NCBI GenBank assembly: GCA_003602605.1
Contig: QQRW01000023.1
Coordinates: 5,297-66,528 of the forward strand
Length of the DNA stretch: 61,232 nucleotides
Reading direction: 5' to 3'
Origin: Candidatus Poseidoniales archaeon
GTDB taxonomy: Archaea > Thermoplasmatota > Poseidoniia > Poseidoniales > Poseidoniaceae
Both the position numbers and the translations under genes were made by a program. Of the stretch, positions 16,070 to 24,896 are shown piece after piece (positions within the stretch are counted from its first letter, which is position 1; each line of letters starts with the position of its first letter). A model generated the notes under the pieces. The model was not told the origin of the DNA. It searched no databases and saw nothing but the letters and a program-made list of their open reading frames with translations.

Positions 16070-19000
16070 ATGCTCGTGCATAATACGGAAGTGAGTCATT
16101 TGCAACAGTCATTGTCATGGAAATCTCGACGAGTTTCTTTCTTTTTGGTTCTTGTTTTTTTGATTGCAGACCTTGGTGTCTTGGCGAACGATACGGAGCA
16201 AAATGTCCTTGAGGAGTTGTCTCCCGAATTCGCAGAGCCCATCCTTGTTGACGGATTGCCACCTTTGATGTGTGGCGAGGATATCTGCCTTCGACCGGTT
16301 CGAGACATTGATCGCAACGGTCGCATCTCTGCAGAAGCAGACCAGTGGTGGCAATCCTATGGTCCGGATTTGGACTGGAATGGAATGGATGACCGTCTTC
16401 AGAGGGTTCTCGCTGGTGCTGAATCCGTCTCTCCAACTGCTATCATCGGGCCAGATGGGCGAAAAACCGTTGCCATTGTCGTCGATTACGCATGGCGAGC
16501 AAACGACGCAGAAATCGAGACGTTACGCTCTGTTCTTGATGCGCATGGTTGGGTTGGCGAAGACGGCGGTGCATGGTTTCAACAACTCGAAGACATTGAT
16601 TCTGTTGCAGTCGATAAGGTGCCAGTGTCAGCACTTATGGACCTTTATTCACTCCACGGAGTTGTCGTTATTGAAATGCAAAACGTCATGATTCCATCCA
16701 ACGATGTTGCTGCCAAGGCTGCACGTGCACGACCATCAGATGTCTATTCAGCAACCGCCTACGAGCGCGATTATACCGGTGATGGTGTTGTTATCGCCGT
16801 TCTTGATACCGGTGTTGATAATGAGCACGAATCACTCAATGATTTTGACGATGAAAACGATGCACCCGATGAAGATCCCCTCTCGTATAACGACCACAAA
16901 TGGGTGGCAGGATACGATGCCACTTCCTCAGCTTCAAGCATCGATGGTACACAAGATCCTGATGATGGAAACGGCCACGGAACGCATGTTGCAGGTTCTG
17001 CCCTCGGCACCGGAGACAGCAGTCGAATTCACATGGGTACGGCTCCGGGTTCGTACCTTGTCGACATCAAGGTCCTAACCGATTCGGGAGGCACGAATTC
17101 GCAAGCTTCACTCAATGGAATACAATGGCTGATCAACAATCAAAATACGGACTGGGGCCACAATTCTTCGACTCGAGGCATCCAAGTCGCTTCGATGTCG
17201 TTCGGCTCCGCTTCAACTCCTTTGAATCCCGGTGACCAAGGAGACAATGGTAGCGGTTCAGAAGCCCGTCTTGTCAACGATGCAGTCAACGCATCCATCG
17301 TTTGTGTTATTGCTATGGGCAACGATGGTTCGAACCGTGTTCCTTCTCCAGCGAGTGCTGACAGAGCAATTTCCGTCGGTGCTGCTACCGACCGTGGCAC
17401 CATCAACCGCACCAACGACAATGTTGCAGATTATTCAAACACCGGTCCTCGGATTGACGACAACGATGACGATGAATGGGACGAACTCAAACCGGACATC
17501 ACATCTTTCGGTTCTGGCATCATGTCAGCAACTGCACAAACCGGCGCCTCGTTCCCTGGGCAACCTGCGAGGCCTTTGGCAGGCTCTGATTACGACGAAA
17601 AAGACGGGACCAGCATGGCAACTCCAATCGCTTCTGGAATTGTGGCGCTCATGCTTCAGGCAGACCGCTCGCTTGAACCACAGGAAATCAAAGACATTTT
17701 GCGTAATTCCTCAGAGGCGCGTGGCTCTGCATCAGAACCAAGCATTTCCGACAGGTGGAACGACGAATGGGGCTTCGGGCTTATCGACGCATCATGTGCA
17801 ATTGACACTGTTCTCAACAAGGCTTGTACGCCACTCGAAGGCGGAGGTGGCCTCATCGACCCGCCACCATCAGGAAATGGAACCAGTTTCGACGTGGACA
17901 TGTCGAAGCCTAACAACGGTACGTGGTGGATTGAAGGTGACTTTGCCCGCATTGCTGGAACAACCGATGAAAACCAAGACGGAGATGAATATACTAAGGT
18001 ACAGGTTCGTATCGAACAGTACCTTGAATCAGGAACCGTTCGCGAACTTCTAAATTGGGTTGATGCAGGCGGCGACGTATCCTCATGGTATCTCGATGTT
18101 TCAGTGAAAGACAGTTGGGTTCGGCAAGATGAAGATTATGCTTTAGTCATTGCACGGGCTATTAACGATGAAGGAGAAGAATCCGCACTCGATGCACGCT
18201 GGATTAACATCGCTCGAATGGCGGTTACCATTGCAGGACCGGCTGTCGGCACTGCACTTCAAGGGACCGTCGATTTCAGCGGCACTGTCGAAGGTGTGGA
18301 ACACGACGTATTGGAATACAAAATCGACAACGGTGATTGGCTGGTTGGTGAGCAACTCGATTCAATTGAATACGGTACACAGGACTGGTCCTTTTCATGG
18401 AATTCAAACTCTGTAGACGACGGTTCGCATCGCGTCAACTTCCGAATGGTCAATGAAAGCGGTGTAGTGACCGATGAAATACGTCGAACTTACACGGTTG
18501 ACAACCAGCCTGCAGCCCCCGATTTCCAGTTCCAAGGCAGCGTCGAAATCATGGACCAAGACCTTCCGGTTTACTCTGCAGTCGCCGGTACAGTACTTGA
18601 AGTCGATTTCAGTGTGATCAACGTTGGCGATCTTGATGCAAACGATGTCTTTGTCCAACTCAACGCAGTGGGTAGTCAATCCGAAACATACCCTCGAGAG
18701 ACTCGAATTTCCACGCTTGCAGAAGGTGAAAGCCAACAGGTCACCCTGTATTGGTGGGCCACACAGGCAGGCACTCAAGATGTTACGATCACCATCGACC
18801 CCAACAATCAGCAAGGAGACCCAAACCCTTCCAACAACGTCTACACCTTTTCGTTTGAAGTCGAAGAACGCCCTGTCGAGGCAATGCTGAGGTTCCTACC
18901 TGGTGCGGTAACAACCGATCCAAGAATCCCTCTCCCGAATACACCATTCAACATCGATGTACGAATCGACAACCTTGGTCAAACAGAAGCAACACAACTC

Positions 19001-21037
19001 AATGTCCGTTTGGAACGCTGGACATCGAGCGGTTGGGACCAAATTGCTACCGACGAGATATCGTTCATTGTCGGTTCAGAAACCGACTCTGGTAACGCCT
19101 ATGTCGAATTCTCTGAAGTGGGGCACTCGATTGGAAGTGTAAAGTATCGTGTCGTGCTTGAAGGCAACGGTGTCGAACCAGAGTTTAGCGACCATCGTTT
19201 TACGGTCGTCATTGACGATGCAAGTTTAGGTGCCTTGGTAGGTATCTCCCTCTCACAAGGCGAAGTGCCAATCGATTTCATTGGAATGGCCGATGGCGGA
19301 TTGCTGTTTACGACCCGGGATGGAGAACTTCATGTGCGCTCAATCACCGATAAAATGGTTCTACAAGCTGATGTTATGCTCGAAGAAAAATGGGGTGGTG
19401 AATTAGCCACAACGCTCCGTGAAGACGGCCTTGTCCACGCAGTTTGGAATCGAAAAACCATCAGCCCTGACGGCTATACTCTTACCGATTTGTCACTTAC
19501 ATCACTGACACGTCTTGCTGAAACGACTCCAATCGTTCATCTAATGCCTCCAATCAAACTCTCCGAGGGTTCGTACTGGGGGCTTGCACTCACTGAATAC
19601 GACGGAGATATGATCCTCGCAGGATATCACCGAGACATTTCCACGGGTGGCTCCTGGCAAGACATAACTTCGATTTTCACAATCGTATCCGCAAATCCCG
19701 ACAGCCCCTCGTCATGGAACGCCCCGAACATTGTTCTTTCCGATATTGATATTCGTCCGTCTCAAGGAGATAACTTAGCCATTGGCATGGGTGAGGAAAA
19801 TATGCACATTTTGTATCAAGAAATTCGAGACGATGTGACTGGACTGGACCGAGTCGGTTTGATGTACACTCACGGCGACCCAACTTTGTCATCTTGGGGA
19901 TTCCAATCCTCTGTGGGTGACGAAGCTCAAAATGCTCGGATGATTGTTCTTACCAACGGTAGCGATGATGTCTTGGTGGCTGCTTGGATTGAAGGACGTG
20001 GCAAGAGTGCGGCTGTAGCGCACGTGGTAACCGATAATTCATGGTCGGATGATGCTGAACGCATCAACGCTCCAGGTGTTCAAAACATCGAGTTAAGTCC
20101 GACTTCCGACGGTGTTCAAATTTACTATGATGAGATTAACATTTACGGGCCAGTGACGCGTTATGGCTTACTTTCCGACGCTTCGAACGGCCAATCGATG
20201 GCTCTTTCCAACATTCTAGCCGAAGGCTTCCTGGAAGACCAAGCGGGACTCGAGTTTGATGGCATCTTGCTGCTCTCAAGTGCCAGTGGTTCCCTGAAGA
20301 TGCGCACGGTTGCTGATATCAGTAACAACAACAACGATGAAGAAGAATCAACAGGTTTACTTGATACGATTCTTGCACCACTCCCAGGCTCTAAAGATAC
20401 GAAAATAATGATACTTGCGGGTACCTCGACACTCTTTTTCATCTTCCTTCTCGTCATTATCGTCTCTGTTCGCTCTTCTCGAAAGAAAGAGGAAAAATTA
20501 CTCGCTGTGATTGATTCAAGCGATGAGATGGATGCAGATTCACTCGAGTTGATGATTTCACCAGTTGGTGACCAAGGACCTCTGTTGGCTATTGACACCG
20601 AAACAGAAGACCTCGTCGTTGAAATGGCAACTCCGGAAGTGGAAGTTGAAGACGAAATCAGTTTATCGGACTCTCTTGAGGCAAAGAGCGATGCTGGAGA
20701 AGGGAACTCTCGCCTTGAACGCCGTATGAAGCGTAAGCAACAACGAGAAGTTTCAGAGATGGTACAAAACCTCACTCTGCCTCCACTGCCAGCCGCCTCA
20801 CTCCCACCTCCCGCTGAACAACCTGCGGTGATTGTAGCTGAACTCGATCCAGTTTTACCTCCTCTACCAGCATTGGACGGATCGCTCCCACCGCTGCCAG
20901 GCATTTTGCCGTTACCGATGATTGCACCTCCGCAACGAGATGCAACATGTGCAGAGTGTCAAGCCAAGTTTACGGTGAAAGACATGACCTTGTCTCGAGT
21001 CAAATGTCCGATATGCTCGGCAAATGTACAGTTGTGA
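16070..21037 (+). CDS. Membrane-anchored S8 (subtilisin-like) serine protease with Ig-like/CARDB domains, TM helix, Pro-rich linker and C-terminal zinc ribbon
   Basis: Signal-like N-terminus; catalytic triad VLDTG, HGTHVAG, GTSMATP; oxyanion AMGN; CARDB-type V.N.G...A....V..TIDP.N.....N..NN; TM ILAGTSTLFFIFLLVIIVSV; CAEC...CPIC at the end. Confidence 0.92.
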   Translation: MLVHNTEVSHLQQSLSWKSRRVSFFLVLVFLIADLGVLANDTEQNVLEELSPEFAEPILVDGLPPLMCGEDICLRPVRDIDRNGRISAEADQWWQSYGPDLDWNGMDDRLQRVLAGAESVSPTAIIGPDGRKTVAIVVDYAWRANDAEIETLRSVLDAHGWVGEDGGAWFQQLEDIDSVAVDKVPVSALMDLYSLHGVVVIEMQNVMIPSNDVAAKAARARPSDVYSATAYERDYTGDGVVIAVLDTGVDNEHESLNDFDDENDAPDEDPLSYNDHKWVAGYDATSSASSIDGTQDPDDGNGHGTHVAGSALGTGDSSRIHMGTAPGSYLVDIKVLTDSGGTNSQASLNGIQWLINNQNTDWGHNSSTRGIQVASMSFGSASTPLNPGDQGDNGSGSEARLVNDAVNASIVCVIAMGNDGSNRVPSPASADRAISVGAATDRGTINRTNDNVADYSNTGPRIDDNDDDEWDELKPDITSFGSGIMSATAQTGASFPGQPARPLAGSDYDEKDGTSMATPIASGIVALMLQADRSLEPQEIKDILRNSSEARGSASEPSISDRWNDEWGFGLIDASCAIDTVLNKACTPLEGGGGLIDPPPSGNGTSFDVDMSKPNNGTWWIEGDFARIAGTTDENQDGDEYTKVQVRIEQYLESGTVRELLNWVDAGGDVSSWYLDVSVKDSWVRQDEDYALVIARAINDEGEESALDARWINIARMAVTIAGPAVGTALQGTVDFSGTVEGVEHDVLEYKIDNGDWLVGEQLDSIEYGTQDWSFSWNSNSVDDGSHRVNFRMVNESGVVTDEIRRTYTVDNQPAAPDFQFQGSVEIMDQDLPVYSAVAGTVLEVDFSVINVGDLDANDVFVQLNAVGSQSETYPRETRISTLAEGESQQVTLYWWATQAGTQDVTITIDPNNQQGDPNPSNNVYTFSFEVEERPVEAMLRFLPGAVTTDPRIPLPNTPFNIDVRIDNLGQTEATQLNVRLERWTSSGWDQIATDEISFIVGSETDSGNAYVEFSEVGHSIGSVKYRVVLEGNGVEPEFSDHRFTVVIDDASLGALVGISLSQGEVPIDFIGMADGGLLFTTRDGELHVRSITDKMVLQADVMLEEKWGGELATTLREDGLVHAVWNRKTISPDGYTLTDLSLTSLTRLAETTPIVHLMPPIKLSEGSYWGLALTEYDGDMILAGYHRDISTGGSWQDITSIFTIVSANPDSPSSWNAPNIVLSDIDIRPSQGDNLAIGMGEENMHILYQEIRDDVTGLDRVGLMYTHGDPTLSSWGFQSSVGDEAQNARMIVLTNGSDDVLVAAWIEGRGKSAAVAHVVTDNSWSDDAERINAPGVQNIELSPTSDGVQIYYDEINIYGPVTRYGLLSDASNGQSMALSNILAEGFLEDQAGLEFDGILLLSSASGSLKMRTVADISNNNNDEEESTGLLDTILAPLPGSKDTKIMILAGTSTLFFIFLLVIIVSVRSSRKKEEKLLAVIDSSDEMDADSLELMISPVGDQGPLLAIDTETEDLVVEMATPEVEVEDEISLSDSLEAKSDAGEGNSRLERRMKRKQQREVSEMVQNLTLPPLPAASLPPPAEQPAVIVAELDPVLPPLPALDGSLPPLPGILPLPMIAPPQRDATCAECQAKFTVKDMTLSRVKCPICSANVQL

Positions 21038-21046
21038 GGGCTAACT

Positions 21047-22867
21047 ATGTGTGGAATTTTTGGATACCTCGGACCCCGTCAAGCATCGCCAATACTTCTT
21101 GACGGATTACGGCGTCTAGAATACCGTGGCTACGATTCTACAGGAATTGCAGTCAAAAACGGGGCTATTCAAATCCACAAGAAAGTTGGAAAAGTGAGCG
21201 ACTTAGAATCCATACTGCCTGATGAAATCTCCGGCACGGAAGGCATCGCTCACACTCGATGGGCAACACACGGAGGAGTAACGGATTCGAATGCTCACCC
21301 TCACGAATCCGCTCAACGAAAGGTGGTCATCGTTCACAATGGAATTATCGAAAACACTCGGCAACTACGTACCTCGTTGACCGTTCAAGGCGTAGAACTC
21401 CAAAGCGATACAGATTCCGAGGCGCTCGCTCACATCATCGAAAGAGAGTTAGCCATTGATAACAATCCCGAGAATGCAGTGCGTCGAACATTGCATCAAG
21501 CCCGAGGCACATGGGGATTGTGTGCTCTGTTTTTGGAACATGATGTCATCGTTTGCGCCCGTAACGGTTCACCTCTCATTATTGGTAAAGGCGATGGCGA
21601 GATGTTTGTTTCCAGCGATCCACATGCGTTAACGCCATACACACAGCGTGTTGTCTTCCTTGAAGATGGAGAAATGGCGACTCTTACTCGTGAGTCAATG
21701 AAACTCTCGACGCTCAAAGGTAAGAATTTTAATGCGAACATCACTGTTTTGGAGCAAGGTTGGGGCGAGACAGAACTCGGCGAATTCCCACACTTCATGC
21801 TCAAAGAGATTTACGAACAGCCCGACGCTTTACGTCACTGCATCAGCGGTCGTCTCGACCGTGTTCGAGGAAACGGTCGTCTCGGCGGACTCAAGCTCGA
21901 ACCTCGAGATTTAGCAAACATACCACATGTACGCCTTCTTGGCTGTGGAACTGCCTACAACGCCGCTGAGATTGGGCAAATAATGATAGAGAAGATGGCT
22001 CGTATTCCTGCAGTCGCTCACATTTCCAGCGAATTCCGACATAACGATCCAGTGATTAATCCAAACGCCTTGCATTTCGCGGTAACCCAGTCTGGGGAAA
22101 CTGCTGATACATTGTCCGCAGTCAAAGAAATCCACCTTAAGGGGGGAAGTGTCTACGGCGTCGTCAATGTAGTTGGCTCTTCGATTGCTCGTGAGTGCGG
22201 TAAAGGCGTGTACATTCACTCCGGTCCCGAACAAGCCGTCGCTTCGACGAAAGCGTTCTCAAACATGGTCGCAGCGCTTTCGATGTTTGCTTTACAAGTT
22301 GGGCGCTCGAGAGCAACGAGTAAGGAACAGGGCCGTGATTTAATCAACGGACTTCAAGAGATTCCCCACCTCATTGAGGAGTATTTAGACAACCAAGGGC
22401 CTATTCTTGAGGCTGTGGAGATGATTAAAGATGCTAAGAGCGTGCTTTTCCTTGGAAGAGGTATTTCGGCACCGGTTGCCAAAGAGGGTGCTCTTAAGTT
22501 GATGGAAATCGCTTACATTCCTTGTTTGGCTTACCCTGCCGGAGAGATGAAACACGGGCCTATCGCTCTGCTTGAGGATGGAAGCCCGGTTGTTTTCATT
22601 GCTCCAAACGACCATGTCAAAGTCAAAACAATCTCTGCCATTCATGAATGTCGTGCACGTGGGGCGAAAATCATCCTCATCCACGAAGAAGGTGATGAAA
22701 TTGCTGAGGAAGCAGACATCAGTATTCCTGTGCCTCGAGTTCACTCGATGCTCTCGCCGCTGCTTACCGTCATTCCAACGCAATTGATTGCATACCACAC
22801 TGCACTTGCACGTGATTGTAATGTCGACCGCCCTCGCAATCTTGCGAAGTCGGTTACTGTGGAATGA
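21047..22867 (+). CDS. glmS: Glutamine-fructose-6-phosphate aminotransferase (isomerizing)
   Basis: MCGIFG, LEYRGYDS, HTRWATHG, VHNGIIEN, QSGETADT, ASTKAF, GEMKHGP, RNLAKSVTVE. Confidence 0.98.
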   Translation: MCGIFGYLGPRQASPILLDGLRRLEYRGYDSTGIAVKNGAIQIHKKVGKVSDLESILPDEISGTEGIAHTRWATHGGVTDSNAHPHESAQRKVVIVHNGIIENTRQLRTSLTVQGVELQSDTDSEALAHIIERELAIDNNPENAVRRTLHQARGTWGLCALFLEHDVIVCARNGSPLIIGKGDGEMFVSSDPHALTPYTQRVVFLEDGEMATLTRESMKLSTLKGKNFNANITVLEQGWGETELGEFPHFMLKEIYEQPDALRHCISGRLDRVRGNGRLGGLKLEPRDLANIPHVRLLGCGTAYNAAEIGQIMIEKMARIPAVAHISSEFRHNDPVINPNALHFAVTQSGETADTLSAVKEIHLKGGSVYGVVNVVGSSIARECGKGVYIHSGPEQAVASTKAFSNMVAALSMFALQVGRSRATSKEQGRDLINGLQEIPHLIEEYLDNQGPILEAVEMIKDAKSVLFLGRGISAPVAKEGALKLMEIAYIPCLAYPAGEMKHGPIALLEDGSPVVFIAPNDHVKVKTISAIHECRARGAKIILIHEEGDEIAEEADISIPVPRVHSMLSPLLTVIPTQLIAYHTALARDCNVDRPRNLAKSVTVE

Positions 22868-22870
22868 TGT

Positions 22871-23590
22871 TCAAAGAATTGAGAATCGCTGTTCTTCTTC
22901 TTTCCAGTTGAATGGCTTGTAACCTAGTCTGTGGTTGGTGTGACGCATCTTAACGACACCAAGTTTTCGAGCAACATCATCACCTGAGCGCTCCATCACC
23001 AAGTGGACAACACCGTCAGCGAGGTAATCCTCAACACCGTATTCTCCGAATTGCTTGTGGTCATCACCGGTCATTTCACAGATGAAGAACGAGGTGAGAC
23101 CAAGCCTTCGAACTGCTTCAAACAGTCGGAATATTTCGTCTCGGGGGTTCTCCATTTTTGTTAAGGTGAAGAATGCACCAAGCGAGTCAAATACGAGCAG
23201 TTCAAATCCAATGGATTCTCGGTACGATGTCAACTGTTTGATGAGTTGACCCATCCAATCAACACGGTTGCTCATTCCCTGCTCATCGAGTTGGACACGC
23301 AAATCCGACAAGTCAATAATCGCAATTCGGTTGCTAACTCGCTTGTCCTCGATGTTCATTCCCATGTTCGACATGTGTGATCTTAGCGATTCTTTCCCTT
23401 GCTCAAGCGTGACATAAATTCCACTCGTTTCACCGTACAAAACTGCATTGTAGAGCATGGAGAATGTGAGGCTTGATTTCATTGCACCGGACGCACCTGC
23501 GACAATACAAATGTGTCCTTCTGGAATGCCACCCTGCATATTTTCATCTAATCCTTCAATATGTGTTGGGATTCTTGCAATCTCGCTCAT
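22871..23590 (-). CDS. Single-domain KaiC/RAD55-like RecA-fold ATPase
   Basis: RIPTHIEGLDE...GGIPEG, Walker A GASGAMKSS, YVTLEQ, Walker B VFDSL, YLADGVV, GVVKMRHTNH. Start moved to ATG 23590. Confidence 0.88.
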   Translation of the reverse strand: MSEIARIPTHIEGLDENMQGGIPEGHICIVAGASGAMKSSLTFSMLYNAVLYGETSGIYVTLEQGKESLRSHMSNMGMNIEDKRVSNRIAIIDLSDLRVQLDEQGMSNRVDWMGQLIKQLTSYRESIGFELLVFDSLGAFFTLTKMENPRDEIFRLFEAVRRLGLTSFFICEMTGDDHKQFGEYGVEDYLADGVVHLVMERSGDDVARKLGVVKMRHTNHRLGYKPFNWKEEEQRFSIL

Positions 23591-23712
23591 GTCGGCACCG
23601 GTTGGGGGTATACCGTATGACTCTTCAACCTCACCCTTCGATTTGATGAAGAAGACCATACGGAGTGCAAAATCCTAAGACATTGTTTCATGTGGTGAAT
23701 TTGGGGAGATTC

Positions 23713-24288
23713 GTGAACGTATGGCTTGCATCACAATCTGAACGACGTGCTTCGATGCTTCAATCGCTTTTCACATCCCTAGAATGCAAAGGGTTTGAGG
23801 GACTCGATGAAACGCCGCTACCGGGTACCGTCGACCAACAAGTTCTGTCAATCTGTCGTAAAAAAGCGGCAGCAGTCAAGGATGGGCATGGCTACGACAT
23901 GGTCGTGGTGAGTGACACTTTGCTTGCAGATCCCGATGACATGGAACATACTTTGGGCAAGCCAGGTGATTCAGTAGAAGCAGCAATGATGCTTCACCGC
24001 CTATCTGGGCGGCGCCACCAAGTTTGGACGGCAACGGGTATCCAATTCATGGGTAATTGGAGTTTTTTTGTAGAGCACTCTATTGTTGAATTGGAAGACC
24101 TTTCTGATGAGCGTTTGGTCGAACTTGTACTCAACGAATCATGGAAAGGTAAGGCAGGTGGCTATGATTTGGCGGGTCCGATGGGCTCCCACGCCTCGCT
24201 CATAGAGGGTGAAGAATCGACCGTCTTAGGCATCGCTGGTGAAGCGATGGAACTCCTCAGCTCTCTTTCAAAGAGTCATCTACTCTAA
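23713..24288 (+). CDS. maf: Maf family nucleoside triphosphate pyrophosphatase
   Basis: WLASQSERRASML, VVSDT, LGKP, LSGRRHQVWT, GKAGGY, VLGI. GTG start 23713 after GGGGAG. Confidence 0.9.
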   Translation: MNVWLASQSERRASMLQSLFTSLECKGFEGLDETPLPGTVDQQVLSICRKKAAAVKDGHGYDMVVVSDTLLADPDDMEHTLGKPGDSVEAAMMLHRLSGRRHQVWTATGIQFMGNWSFFVEHSIVELEDLSDERLVELVLNESWKGKAGGYDLAGPMGSHASLIEGEESTVLGIAGEAMELLSSLSKSHLL

Positions 24289-24884
24289 TCCGAGAGCAGT
24301 GTTTGCAAGCCGAGTTCATGGCGGCCGACATCGACGACGACATCTTTGCCTGGTAAAAGGAGTAATTTATCTTCAGCGTCAAGGGCGAACACTCCAATTC
24401 CCGCTTCATTGCCCATTTGTTGCAACTCTCTTCGGCATACGTTCTGATGTGTATCCATGTGCACCATCGGGCGGAGGTCAACGATTATCGAATCGCCCTG
24501 ATGGACTCTTTTCGCCATCTCTCGGGTTGGAATGCGGTTCATTGTGTCGGGTGCAACGTACCGCAAGGCGCGCCGAGGTATGGCGTTTCGCAGACGTGTA
24601 TGGGCGCCAAGGTCATGAAACGGTTCACCTTCTGCAGTGACGGGTCCCTTCCAATTTGGAGGAGGTGATTTCACGCTCACATTCACGGATGCAGTATCTT
24701 CGAGTTCGTGTTTCAGTGGAGTCTGTGAAGGTGCAGCAGGTTGTTTAGCAACGGTAAGTTGAGGTGTTTTCTGCAAAGATGCAGGCGTTGGTGTCGATCC
24801 AGCAGGTGTTTGACGAGCAGGCTTCTTTTCTGTAGATGAACCGTCTGGATTTGGTAATCCAAAGAACTGCCACAAACTTGCCAT
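24285..24884 (-). CDS. sepF: Cell division protein SepF with long low-complexity N-terminal linker
   Basis: N-terminal amphipathic MASLWQFFGL; C-terminal SepF core (...VHQGDSIIVDLRPM...ELQQMGNEAGIGVFAL..DKLLLLPG.DVVV). Confidence 0.75.
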   Translation of the reverse strand: MASLWQFFGLPNPDGSSTEKKPARQTPAGSTPTPASLQKTPQLTVAKQPAAPSQTPLKHELEDTASVNVSVKSPPPNWKGPVTAEGEPFHDLGAHTRLRNAIPRRALRYVAPDTMNRIPTREMAKRVHQGDSIIVDLRPMVHMDTHQNVCRRELQQMGNEAGIGVFALDAEDKLLLLPGKDVVVDVGRHELGLQTLLSD

Positions 24885-24896
24885 ATACTTTCACAC

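Noticed and set aside
17232-18053. 273-aa alternative-frame ORF inside the S8 protease, and similar shadow ORFs (20161-20904, 36169-37065, 2514-3218, 1878-2492)
   Set aside because: They lie fully within well-supported genes, show no motifs, and have the S/T/R-rich composition expected from codon bias of the real frame.
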